32,000 nucleotides of DNA from Bifidobacterium longum subsp. longum JCM 1217 (GCF_000196555.1 NC_015067.1:840001-872000), one strand, 5' to 3'; numbered from the stretch's first letter, positions 9,534-17,892 are shown. Numbers and translations are program-made. The notes: generated by a model not told the origin, from the sequence alone.

Positions 9534-9616
9534 GGCTCCCCTCTCTGAGGGGAGCTGCCCCGGTCGAAACTCCCCTCAGCCGCCTATGGCGACAGCTCCC
9601 CTCAGAGAGGGGAGCC
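9534..9616. repeat. Composite copy of the palindromic repeat: hairpin at 9534-9555 plus an inverted full copy at 9568-9616
   Basis: The reverse complement of 9568-9616 reads GGCTCCCCTC-TCT-GAGGGGAGC-TGTCG...CTGAGGGGAGTT. That matches 7965-8018 except for the central roughly 15 nt. Confidence 0.75.
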
Positions 9617-9631
9617 GAGGTAAAGAAAGCT

Positions 9632-10012
9632 ATGTCAGAAAATACAGAAATTCGCTCGGCACTTGAATTGCTTGCCGCTGAGCCGCTCACTGAGCAGATT
9701 GACTACTATCGAAAGCCATTCATGGTGTTATGGGCCGCCATTCAGGAGGCAGCCAGCGATGTGGCCGAAGACTACGACTTACCTGCGGATATGGCCCAAT
9801 TATGGGTGGCCGAACAGATGCGCCAAGTCGCCGATTCACTGGTCGATCGGCTCGCGGAAAAAGCCGTGGCCCATGGTGCCAGCAAGTCCAACGTAGCGCG
9901 AGCCGCCGGTGCCAGCCCCGCCAATGCCGCCCGTCGCTTCCCGCGTCTGGGCGACGATGCCGCCTCCCAGACCCGCCTCCTCATTGACGACGTCCTCGAC
10001 ACCCTCGAATAA
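9632..10012 (+). CDS. Hypothetical acidic protein (126 aa) with a possible C-terminal HTH-like segment
   Basis: Longest ORF in this gap with codon usage like its neighbours. Weak SD (GAGG). No domain recognised. SKSNVARAAGASPANAARRF resembles an HTH recognition region. Confidence 0.5.
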   Translation: MSENTEIRSALELLAAEPLTEQIDYYRKPFMVLWAAIQEAASDVAEDYDLPADMAQLWVAEQMRQVADSLVDRLAEKAVAHGASKSNVARAAGASPANAARRFPRLGDDAASQTRLLIDDVLDTLE

Positions 10013-10053
10013 ACCGAAATCCCTACGCTGCCCGCCAAAAAGCACGCGAAAAG

Positions 10054-10077
10054 CCGCCTTCAGTCGCTTCAAGGCGG
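10054..10077 (+). terminator. Hairpin ccgcctt-N10-aaggcgg after the hypothetical ORF
   Basis: 7-bp stem, no T-tail. Confidence 0.3.
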
Positions 10078-10117
10078 TAGTCTGAACAATGTTCGAGTAA
10101 TTAGAAGGAGAATCAAG

Positions 10118-10741
10118 GTGAGCAATACCTTTGCGACCTTGCCGGTCATGGCGGGCGATGACGTCCCGGCCGGCCCCGTCGACCCGATTTTCAACCGTCT
10201 GCTCAAAGACCGCATCATCTGGATGGGTGAAGAGGTCAAGGACGATATGGCCAACCGCATCTGCGCTCAGCTGCTGATGCTGGCCGCCGAAGACCCGAAG
10301 AAGGACATCTGGCTGTACATCAACTCGCCGGGCGGCTCCATCACCGCCGGCATGGCCATCTACGACACCATGCAGCTCATCGAGCCTGACGTGGCGACCG
10401 TGGGCCTGGGCATGTGTGCTTCCATGGGCCAGTTCCTGCTGAGCTCCGGTACCAAGGGCAAGCGTTACCTGACCTCGCACGCCCGTGTGCTCATGCACCA
10501 GCCTTCCGGCGGCATCGGCGGCACCGCCACTGACGTGCGCATCAACGCCGAGCTCATCATGGACATGAAGAAGACCATGAGCGAGCTGACCGCTGAGCAG
10601 ACCGGCCACACCCTCGAGGAAATCTACCGCGACAACGAATACGACCACTGGTTCACCGCCCAGGAAGCCCTCGACTATGGCTTCGTGGACAAGCTCGTGA
10701 CCACGCCGGACACCATCGGCAACAACCAGCAGGGGGAGTGA
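10118..10741 (+). CDS. clpP: ATP-dependent Clp protease proteolytic subunit 1
   Basis: GTG start preceded by AAGGAG. ClpP motifs [18 protein letters not shown] (catalytic Ser), VLMHQPSGG (His). Confidence 0.95.
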   Translation: MSNTFATLPVMAGDDVPAGPVDPIFNRLLKDRIIWMGEEVKDDMANRICAQLLMLAAEDPKKDIWLYINSPGGSITAGMAIYDTMQLIEPDVATVGLGMCASMGQFLLSSGTKGKRYLTSHARVLMHQPSGGIGGTATDVRINAELIMDMKKTMSELTAEQTGHTLEEIYRDNEYDHWFTAQEALDYGFVDKLVTTPDTIGNNQQGE

Positions 10742-10746
10742 GACTC

Positions 10747-11448
10747 ATGGCAAGTGAAGAAGCAAAGTTCGCCGCCCGTGCCGACCGCTTGGCCGGCCGT
10801 CAGGGCGTAGCCGGTTTCATGCCGGCCTCCGCCCGCGCAGCCCAGCCCGCGCCGACCAACCGTTACATCATGCCGCAGTTCGTGGAGAAGACCCCGTATG
10901 GCATGAAGACCCAGGACGCCTACTCCCGCCTGTTCGAGGATCGCATCATCTTCCTCGGCGTGCAGGTGGACGACGCCTCCGCCGACGACGTGATGGCCCA
11001 GCTGCTGGTCCTCGAATCCCAAGATCCGAACCGTGACGTGATGATGTACATCAACTCACCCGGCGGTTCGATGATGGCCATGACCGCCATCTACGACACC
11101 ATGCAGTACATCAAGCCCGACGTGCAGACCGTGTGCCTCGGCCAGGCCGCCTCCGCCGCCGCCATTCTGCTGGCCTCCGGCACCAAGGGCAAGCGCCTGA
11201 TGCTGCCGAACGCCCGTGTGCTCATCCACCAGCCGGCCATCGACCAAGGCTTCGGCAAGGCCACGGAGATCGAGATTCAGGCCAAGGAAATGCTGCGTAT
11301 GCGTGAATGGCTGGAGGAGACCCTCGCCAAGCACACCGGCCAGGACGTCGAGAAGATTCGCCGCGACATCGAAGTGGACACTTTCCTGACCGCTCCTGAA
11401 GCCAAGGAATACGGCATCGTGGACGAGGTGTTGGAACACCGCCAGTAA
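10747..11448 (+). CDS. clpP: ATP-dependent Clp protease proteolytic subunit 2 (with an N-terminal extension of about 40 aa)
   Basis: ATG at 10747 about 10 nt after GGGGGAG; an in-frame GTG at 10738 overlaps the clpP1 stop. Motifs [24 protein letters not shown]. Confidence 0.93.
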   Translation: MASEEAKFAARADRLAGRQGVAGFMPASARAAQPAPTNRYIMPQFVEKTPYGMKTQDAYSRLFEDRIIFLGVQVDDASADDVMAQLLVLESQDPNRDVMMYINSPGGSMMAMTAIYDTMQYIKPDVQTVCLGQAASAAAILLASGTKGKRLMLPNARVLIHQPAIDQGFGKATEIEIQAKEMLRMREWLEETLAKHTGQDVEKIRRDIEVDTFLTAPEAKEYGIVDEVLEHRQ

Positions 11449-11463
11449 AACTTCCGGACATTG

Positions 11464-11502
11464 CAATACCCTCGGTCGGCAACGACCGGGGGTATTGTAT
11501 TT
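11464..11502 (+). terminator. Rho-independent terminator after clpP2
   Basis: caataccctcggtcg-gcaa-cgaccgggggtattg (15-nt arms, one mismatch) followed by tattt. Confidence 0.6.
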
Positions 11503-11569
11503 CAAGGATGACAATGATAATGCGCAGCGTGGCGGTTCGACGGTGCGGCGCAGTCGGCAAAGGAGAATC

Positions 11570-12988
11570 ATGGGACGTGTGGTGAGCTACAACGAGGACG
11601 TACCCCGTTGCACGTTCTGCGGCAAAACCGAACATCAGGTACGAAAACTGGTGGCCGGTCCCAATGCCTCCATCTGCGATGAATGCATCGCCCTGTGCGT
11701 GGACATCATCTCCGAGGAGCGTGTCAAAGATGCCGAGGTCAATTCGCTGAGCCTGCCCAAGCCCGCTCAGATCTTCGATTATCTCAACCGCTACGTCATC
11801 GGTCAGGAGAACGCCAAGCGCGCATTATCCGTAGCCGTATACAACCATTACAAGCGCGTCAACATGGAGCTTCAGGAGTCCGCTGAGCAGCTTGACGGGA
11901 ATAACGGGCACAGTGGCCAGACCGGCAAACAAGCCAAGCAATCCGTTCCCACCCAGACGCGTGCTGCCCGCCGCAGCAATGACCCTTTGGCTGACGTCGA
12001 GGTCGCCAAGTCAAACATTCTGTTGCTCGGCCCCACCGGCGTGGGCAAAACCTATCTTGCGCAGGCGTTGGCCCGCGTAATGAACGTGCCGTTCGTCATC
12101 ACCGACGCCACCACCCTGACCGAAGCCGGCTATGTAGGCGACGATGTGGAAACCGTGCTCCAACGTCTCCTCCAAGCTGCGGATGGCGACGTAAGCCGAG
12201 CCCAGCACGGCATCATCTACATTGACGAAATCGATAAGATCGCCCGCAAATCCGGTGAGAACACCTCCATCACCCGTGACGTGTCCGGTGAGGGCGTTCA
12301 GCAGGCGTTGCTGAAGATCTTGGAAGGAACCATCGCCTCCGTGCCGTTGGAAGGCACGCGCAAGCATAAGGAGCAGGACGTTGCGCAGATGGACACACGC
12401 GGCATCCTATTCATCTGCGGCGGTGCGTTCGTGGGGCTGACGGACATTGTTCGCAAGCGATTAGGCCGTCGAGAGACCGGCTTCGGCGCGAATTGGCACG
12501 ACGCCGACATGAAAGACGAGGAATTGCTCGAACAGGTCAATGCCGATGATCTGGCCGAGTTCGGACTGTTGCCTGAGTTCATCGGACGTTTGCCGGTCAC
12601 CAGTGTGCTGAAGGAACTTACCGTAGACGATCTGACGGCGATTCTCACCCAGCCAGCCAACGCGCTGATCAAGCAGTACCGTAAACTGTTCGCCGTCGAC
12701 GGCGTCGATCTGCAATTCACAGAACAGGCCATTCGGGCGATTGCTGATATCGCTATCAAGCAGGGGACCGGCGCACGCGGTTTGCGTTCGATTATCGAAC
12801 GTACGTTGCAGGACACGATGTTCCAGTTGCCGAGTTTGGATGATGTGAGGCAGGTGATTGTGGACAAGGCGTCCGTAGAGGGTTCCAGCACGCCCAAACT
12901 CCTGCGCGAAGCCGTGGATGTGCCGCAGGGACGTCTCAAAGTTGCGCAGTCGGTTTTGCTTGACCGAGTCCGTACACACGAGGCGTGA
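11570..12988 (+). CDS. clpX: ATP-dependent Clp protease ATP-binding subunit ClpX
   Basis: ATG at 11570 preceded by AAAGGAG. C4 zinc-binding domain (CTFCGK...CDECI), Walker A GPTGVGKT, Walker [14 protein letters not shown] pore loop. Confidence 0.95.
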   Translation: MGRVVSYNEDVPRCTFCGKTEHQVRKLVAGPNASICDECIALCVDIISEERVKDAEVNSLSLPKPAQIFDYLNRYVIGQENAKRALSVAVYNHYKRVNMELQESAEQLDGNNGHSGQTGKQAKQSVPTQTRAARRSNDPLADVEVAKSNILLLGPTGVGKTYLAQALARVMNVPFVITDATTLTEAGYVGDDVETVLQRLLQAADGDVSRAQHGIIYIDEIDKIARKSGENTSITRDVSGEGVQQALLKILEGTIASVPLEGTRKHKEQDVAQMDTRGILFICGGAFVGLTDIVRKRLGRRETGFGANWHDADMKDEELLEQVNADDLAEFGLLPEFIGRLPVTSVLKELTVDDLTAILTQPANALIKQYRKLFAVDGVDLQFTEQAIRAIADIAIKQGTGARGLRSIIERTLQDTMFQLPSLDDVRQVIVDKASVEGSSTPKLLREAVDVPQGRLKVAQSVLLDRVRTHEA

Positions 12989-13040
12989 GGCCAGTAAATA
13001 CGCCGTTGCGGTAGTGGTCGGGATGGTGCGACTCGCCGCA

Positions 13041-13082
13041 ACACGCCGAGTTGCATTCAGCTGAACGGCGTGTATTATATAT
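13041..13082 (+). terminator. Candidate terminator after clpX
   Basis: acacgccg-N17-cggcgtgt stem; the loop contains the palindrome ttcagctgaa. Followed by attatatat. Confidence 0.4.
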
Positions 13083-13104
13083 CGAGTTGTCTGAAAGACA
13101 ACAT

Positions 13105-13178
13105 GCGCCAGTAGCCCAGCGGATTAGAGCAGCTGACTACGGATCAGCAGGTCGCAGGTTCGAATCCTGTCTGGCGCA
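13105..13178 (+). tRNA. tRNA-Arg (anticodon ACG), 74 nt, CCA not encoded
   Basis: Manual cloverleaf fold: acceptor GCGCCAG/CTGGCGC, anticodon stem GCTGA/TCAGC with loop CTACGGA, T-arm GCAGG-TTCGAAT-CCTGT, discriminator A. Confidence 0.9.
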
Positions 13179-13207
13179 CTCCCGAACCACGGGGACAACA
13201 GTGGTAT

Positions 13208-13281
13208 GCGCCAGTAGCCCAGCGGATTAGAGCAGCTGACTACGGATCAGCAGGTCGCAGGTTCGAATCCTGTCTGGCGCA
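13208..13281 (+). tRNA. tRNA-Arg (anticodon ACG), second identical copy
   Basis: Identical 74-nt sequence 29 nt downstream of the first copy. Confidence 0.9.
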
Positions 13282-13285
13282 CAGT

Positions 13286-13320
13286 AAGCCTCGAAAGCGA
13301 AATGCTTCCGAGGCTTTTCC
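13286..13320 (+). terminator. Rho-independent terminator after the tRNA pair
   Basis: aagcctcg...cgaggctt outer stem with inner gaaagc/gcttc pairing, followed by tt. Confidence 0.6.
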
Positions 13321-13468
13321 AATTGTATTGGCCCGTTTGAGTCGGTTGAGTCGGCCACACAGGGTTGGGCTAAGGTTGCCCTTCGCGACTCAGCCCGGAG
13401 CGGAACGTCCTGAGACATTCCGTACTATTACATACGGTTCATCCAAGAGAGTGCAGCAAGGAGACGCG

Positions 13469-14887
13469 ATGGCCACGACCGCCGGCGCGAAGAAGGGACT
13501 TTGGTCCACCATCAGGCGAATCGCCGCCTCAGACCGTATTTCCGGACTCATCATGCTTGGCTTCGCGCTCACCGGCCTGGTGCTCGCGAATCTGCCCGCC
13601 ACCGCGCATGCGTTCGAGACCGTAGCGGAAACGCATCTGTTCATCCCCTACACCAATCTCGACCTGCCTATTGGCCACTGGGCCCAGGATGGTCTGCTTA
13701 CCATCTTCTTCCTGACCGTGGGCCTCGAACTGAAGCAGGAACTCACCACCGGCTCGCTTGCCAATCCGAAAGCGGCCGCCGTGCCGATGCTGTGCGCGGT
13801 GGGCGGCATGATCGCCCCGCCCATCCTGTTCCTGGCCGTCACGGCATTGTTCTCTCAGATCGGGCCTGGTGAACCCGGCACGCTGATTCTGACCACCACC
13901 GGCAGCAGCATCCCGTTCTCGGAGATGTCGCACGGCTGGGCAGTGCCCACCGCCACGGATATCGCGTTCTCGCTGGCCGTGCTCGCCCTGTTCGCCAAGG
14001 CCCTGCCCGGTTCGATCCGCGCGTTCCTGATGACGCTTGCCACCGTCGACGACCTGCTGGCCATTATTCTGATCGCCGTATTCTTCTCCTCGATTAACGC
14101 CTGGTATTGGTTCATCGGCATCGCCGTATGCGCCGCCATCTGGGCATACCTCGTGCGACTGAAAAAAGTGCCGTGGATCGCGGTTGGCATCGTCGGTATC
14201 CTCGCTTGGATCATGATGTTCGAGGCAGGCGTGCACCCCACACTGGCCGGCGTGCTGGTTGGCCTGCTGACCCCCTCTCGTGAAATGCACGGCGAACTCT
14301 CGCCGCGTGCCGAACGCTATGCCAACAAGCTCCAGCCATTCTCCGCACTGCTGGCCCTGCCCATCTTCGCCTTGTTCGCCACCGGCGTACACTTCGAGTC
14401 GATGAGCCCGCTATTGTTGGCCTCGCCGCTGGTCATCGCACTGATTGTGGCTTTGGTGGTCGGCAAACCTCTGGGTATCATCACCACCGCATGGCTGTCC
14501 ACGCATGTGGGCGGGCTCAAGATGGCCAAGGGGCTGCGTGTGCGCGACATGATTCCCGCTGCCGTCGCCTGCGGCATTGGCTTCACTGTGTCCTTCCTCA
14601 TCGCTTCGCTGGCGTACAAGAACGCGGAACTTTCCGCTGAGGCGCGCTTCGGCGTGCTGGTGGCCTCCCTGATCGCCGCCGCGATTTCCGGTGTGCTGCT
14701 GAGCCGTCAGTCCAAGCGATTCGAGAAGACCGCAGCCGCAGCAGCGGCTGATGCGGAGGATGACGAATCGATTGATGGTGATGGCATCGGGCAGCCAAGC
14801 CACACCACAGAGCCCACCACGCCCACGGAACACCCCGGCACCCTCGCCGACGGCACCGCCAGTGTGGAAATCGACTTCCGCCACTGA
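13469..14887 (+). CDS. nhaA: Na+/H+ antiporter NhaA
   Basis: ATG at 13469 preceded by AAGGAG; the track ORF from 13328 is an upstream extension. NhaA signatures WAVPTATDIAFSLAVL and LATVDDLLAIILIA (the DD pair). Acidic C-terminal tail. Confidence 0.9.
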   Translation: MATTAGAKKGLWSTIRRIAASDRISGLIMLGFALTGLVLANLPATAHAFETVAETHLFIPYTNLDLPIGHWAQDGLLTIFFLTVGLELKQELTTGSLANPKAAAVPMLCAVGGMIAPPILFLAVTALFSQIGPGEPGTLILTTTGSSIPFSEMSHGWAVPTATDIAFSLAVLALFAKALPGSIRAFLMTLATVDDLLAIILIAVFFSSINAWYWFIGIAVCAAIWAYLVRLKKVPWIAVGIVGILAWIMMFEAGVHPTLAGVLVGLLTPSREMHGELSPRAERYANKLQPFSALLALPIFALFATGVHFESMSPLLLASPLVIALIVALVVGKPLGIITTAWLSTHVGGLKMAKGLRVRDMIPAAVACGIGFTVSFLIASLAYKNAELSAEARFGVLVASLIAAAISGVLLSRQSKRFEKTAAAAAADAEDDESIDGDGIGQPSHTTEPTTPTEHPGTLADGTASVEIDFRH

Positions 14888-14921
14888 TGGCTTAGACGGT
14901 CCCTACTCCATTGTTGGCCTT

Positions 14922-15125
14922 GTTTCGTGAAAACCGTACGCTGAGACGCGCTCAGTGTACGTTCTTCACGAGATGAGGCCTTATTTCGCGGAAAACGTAC
15001 GCTCAGTGTCACTCACCGTACGTTCTTCACGAAGTCAAGGATGATTTCGCGGAAAACGTACGCTCAGTGTCACTCACCGTACGTTCTTCACGAAGTCAAG
15101 GATGATTTCGCGGAAAACGTACGCA
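14922..15125. repeat. 61-bp tandem repeat, 3.3 units (14922, 14983, 15044, partial 15105)
   Basis: Units 2 and 3 are identical; unit 1 diverges centrally. Each unit carries an imperfect inverted repeat TTCGCGGAAAACGTACG-N15-CGTACGTTCTTCACGAA. Confidence 0.9.
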
Positions 15126-15138
15126 GAGCTTCAGGCGC

Positions 15139-15144
15139 TAGAAT
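15139..15144 (+). promoter_or_regulatory. Candidate -10 hexamer TAGAAT for the LOG-family gene
   Basis: TAGAAT lies 37 nt upstream of the ATG and immediately after the last partial repeat unit. No convincing -35. Confidence 0.3.
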
Positions 15145-15180
15145 GCGAAGAGTCGATAGCGCCGTACAGGAGGACATTGG

Positions 15181-16122
15181 ATGGCAAAGAAGCAGAAGAA
15201 ATCCAAGAAGAACGACGGCAAAAAGGCCGCTGAAGCAAAGAATCTAGCCGAGGCCGCATCCAAGTCCGCAGTCGTGGACGATATGGAACCATTGGAAGCC
15301 ACAGCCGCGAATGATGCGGCGGCGTTGGAGGCTGAGACGGCAACTGAGGCTGTGGCCACACCGGTGAACCCGGTCGATCTGGAGGACGCCTCGCCGCTGG
15401 GCGACACCTATCATCGCGGCCCGGTGATTCTACGCGGCCAGATGATTCCCTCGGACAACACCACCGCCAACCTGCTGAAACCCGATCAGGACACCGACTG
15501 GCTGCACATGGACCCATGGCGTGTGCTGCGCATCCAATCGGAATTCGTGGACGGTTTCGGGGCGCTCGCCGAGCTCGGACCTGCGGTCTCTATTTTCGGC
15601 TCCGCACGCACCCAGCGCACCGAATCGATCTACAAGGCAGCACGGCGCATGGGTAGCCAGATAGCCAAGCGCAACATCGCCGTCATCACCGGCGGTGGTC
15701 CCGGCATCATGGAAGCCGCGAATAGGGGAGCGGCACTGGCCGGCGGCAAATCGGTGGGACTTGGCATCGAATTGCCGCACGAGCAGGGGTTGAACCAGTG
15801 GGTGAACCTCGGCATGAGCTTCCGGTACTTCTTTGTGCGAAAAACCATGTTCATCAAGTATTCCTCCGGCGTGATCGTATGCCCGGGAGGCTTCGGCACA
15901 CTGGATGAGATGTTCGAATTATTGACCTTGGTTCAGACCCACAAGGTGGCGAATATTCCGGTGGTGCTCTACGGCAAGGAATACTGGCAGGGGCTCTTTG
16001 ACTGGCTCAACGGTCCGGTGGCCGAGCATGGCATGATCTCGACGATCGACCCGAAACTGGTCACCGTAACCGATGACGCCGACGAAGCCGTGGACGTGGC
16101 CGTCAGCGCAATTGTGAGGTAA
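15181..16122 (+). CDS. LOG-family / TIGR00730-type Rossmann-fold nucleotide-binding protein (putative cytokinin riboside 5'-monophosphate phosphoribohydrolase-like)
   Basis: ATG preceded by AGGAGG. Motifs GGGPGIMEAANRGA and PGGFGTLDE. N-terminal Lys-rich then Ala/Glu-rich extension of about 80-100 aa. Confidence 0.85.
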   Translation: MAKKQKKSKKNDGKKAAEAKNLAEAASKSAVVDDMEPLEATAANDAAALEAETATEAVATPVNPVDLEDASPLGDTYHRGPVILRGQMIPSDNTTANLLKPDQDTDWLHMDPWRVLRIQSEFVDGFGALAELGPAVSIFGSARTQRTESIYKAARRMGSQIAKRNIAVITGGGPGIMEAANRGAALAGGKSVGLGIELPHEQGLNQWVNLGMSFRYFFVRKTMFIKYSSGVIVCPGGFGTLDEMFELLTLVQTHKVANIPVVLYGKEYWQGLFDWLNGPVAEHGMISTIDPKLVTVTDDADEAVDVAVSAIVR

Positions 16123-16134
16123 GCGAGATAGAGT

Positions 16135-16157
16135 GGCTCCCCTCTCCGAGGGGAGCC
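16135..16157. repeat. Palindromic repeat, hairpin-only copy (GGCTCCCCTC-TCC-GAGGGGAGCC) in a convergent gap
   Basis: 10-bp perfect stem filling most of the 45-nt gap between the LOG-gene stop and the O-methyltransferase stop. Possible bidirectional terminator; no T-tract. Confidence 0.7.
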
Positions 16158-16167
16158 AAGGACAGAG

Positions 16168-16848
16168 TTACTTTTTGTAGGCGATGAGCAGGCCGGTGCC
16201 GTCAGGGGTGAGCGTGGACTCGAAACCTTCGTCATCTTCGACGGTGGTGAGCAGCTCACGCATGGCGATGGCCTTGTCGCTGCGGTCGGCCGGATTGATC
16301 ACGCCGCCCTGACCGTCCTCCAACGCCAGCACATCGGTGAACACGATCACGCCGTGCACGCGCAGCAGACGGGAGGCCTGGGCGAACGTGGCGGCATAGT
16401 TCTCGGCGTCGCCCGCCACCACGATCAGATCGTAATCATTGGCGTTGAGGCGCGGCAGAAACACGCTGGCCGGGGCGTTCACCGCACGCAACGTGGTGTC
16501 GGTCTCGTCCTGCAGCTCGGCGAACGCCTTGCGAATCAGCGCGATGCCCTGGGCGGTGGAATCGACCGCAGTCAGCAGGCCCTTGTTATCCAGTGCATGG
16601 GCGAGCTGCAAGGTCTCCACCAGCGAGCCGGTGCCCACGGCAATCACCGAAGCGGCGCCGGTGATGCGCACCAGCATGCCCAGCAGACGGGCCTGCGCCG
16701 CCGAACCCTGCAACTGGCCGGACTCGTCGGCGGCCGTACGGGTGTCGGTCAACGCATCGGATTCACGTTCGCGCGCGTGTTCCTCGGTGAATTCCCATGC
16801 CTTGGCGAGGTTGGTGTACTGCGTTCTGTCCATAATTCGTTCTTTCAT
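16168..16848 (-). CDS. Class I SAM-dependent O-methyltransferase (family 3, caffeoyl-CoA OMT-like)
   Basis: SAM-binding VIAVGTGSL, DLIVVAGD, and a length typical of the family. Start uncertain: ATGs at 16881, 16848 and 16833 all lack a strong SD. Confidence 0.75.
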   Translation of the reverse strand: MKERIMDRTQYTNLAKAWEFTEEHARERESDALTDTRTAADESGQLQGSAAQARLLGMLVRITGAASVIAVGTGSLVETLQLAHALDNKGLLTAVDSTAQGIALIRKAFAELQDETDTTLRAVNAPASVFLPRLNANDYDLIVVAGDAENYAATFAQASRLLRVHGVIVFTDVLALEDGQGGVINPADRSDKAIAMRELLTTVEDDEGFESTLTPDGTGLLIAYKK

Positions 16849-16926
16849 GTCTTCTCTCGTGCGGGCACCCAGCGGATGCATCGACGCATGTGCTTAGGCG
16901 ATCGCCGCAGCCAGCCGCGGCGCGGC

Positions 16927-17892
16927 TTAGCGCTCGCGGACCTTAGCCACGATCTGCCACATCTCCTCGCCCACATCGATGCCGCGCGGGCAGTGGCGGG
17001 AGCAGGCGCGCACGGACTGGCAGGCGGCCACGCCGTCGGCGGTGTCGATGGCATCCATACGCTCCATGGCCTTGGTGTCGCGCGAATCGTTGACGAAACG
17101 GGAGGCCCAAATCAGCGCGGCCGGGCCGATGAAGGCGTCGCCGCCGGCGTACACCGGGCAGGCGCCTTCGCACACGCCGCAGGCGATGCAGTTGCTCAGC
17201 AGCTCGTATTTGGCGAGTTGTTCGGGGTTCTGCAGGTATTCGAACACGTCCACCTTGCCTTCGGCGGTGGTGGCGAGCACGCCGTCCGCCTGAAGATACG
17301 GGGTGAGCTTCCTGATCTGGTTGAGCATAGGGTCGATGTCGGCGATGAGGTCGCGCTGCGGCGGGAAGCCGGGCAGGGACGCCAGTTCGATGACTCCCAG
17401 CGAACCGTTTGCGGCTGAGTTCTGGGCGGCCGCCGCGTTTGCGACGTTTTCCGCGGAATCGTCGGATTCCTCAGCCTCGGTGCCGGTGTGTCGGAACCCT
17501 TCGTCATCGACTTCGGGCATGGCGCCGGGTTGCTTGGCCCAATCGCGGATGGTGGCTGTGCACAGCAGGGTGGGGGTGCCGTTGATGGCCACGGCGTCCG
17601 AACCGCACATGCCATGACCGCACGAATAACGGAAGGCCAGCGTCGGGTCGACGGTGCGTTTGATGGTCAGCAGACAATCCAACACAGTATCCGAAGGGCG
17701 CGCGGGAATCGTGTACTCCTGCACCCACTGCTTGCCGCGCGGACGACGGCGCGCCGCCGAATCCGAGCCGCCGCCGAACGGGGAGCCTTTCTTGGCAAAC
17801 GGGCTGCCACCGCGTGCACGTTCGGCACGCTCGGGTCGCGGCGTGAAACGATGCACTTGCAGGGTAACCGTCGTGTTGCTCGCCTCAGCCAT
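16927..17892 (-). CDS. sdhB: Succinate dehydrogenase / fumarate reductase iron-sulfur subunit
   Basis: ATG preceded by GGAGG. 2Fe-2S motif SCGHGMCGSDAVAINGTPTLLC (Asp replaces the third Cys, as I recall for E. coli SdhB). Cluster motifs CIACGVCEGACP and CQSVRACSRHCP. Confidence 0.9.
   Translation of the reverse strand: MAEASNTTVTLQVHRFTPRPERAERARGGSPFAKKGSPFGGGSDSAARRRPRGKQWVQEYTIPARPSDTVLDCLLTIKRTVDPTLAFRYSCGHGMCGSDAVAINGTPTLLCTATIRDWAKQPGAMPEVDDEGFRHTGTEAEESDDSAENVANAAAAQNSAANGSLGVIELASLPGFPPQRDLIADIDPMLNQIRKLTPYLQADGVLATTAEGKVDVFEYLQNPEQLAKYELLSNCIACGVCEGACPVYAGGDAFIGPAALIWASRFVNDSRDTKAMERMDAIDTADGVAACQSVRACSRHCPRGIDVGEEMWQIVAKVRER

Noticed and set aside
10030-10080. ClgR operator (CGC-N5-GCG type) upstream of clpP1.
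   Set aside because: Only imperfect candidates are present: CGC-GAAAA-GCC, and CGC-N6-GCG inside a hairpin. That is not enough to call without a position weight matrix.
14922-15125. CRISPR array interpretation of the 61-bp repeats.
   Set aside because: The units are directly adjacent with no unique spacers, the 61-bp unit is longer than any usual CRISPR repeat, and no cas genes are nearby.
15041-15247. 68-aa ORF spanning the tandem repeat and overlapping the LOG-gene start.
   Set aside because: Its reading frame is generated by the repeat itself, it has no SD, and it overlaps a well-supported start at 15181.
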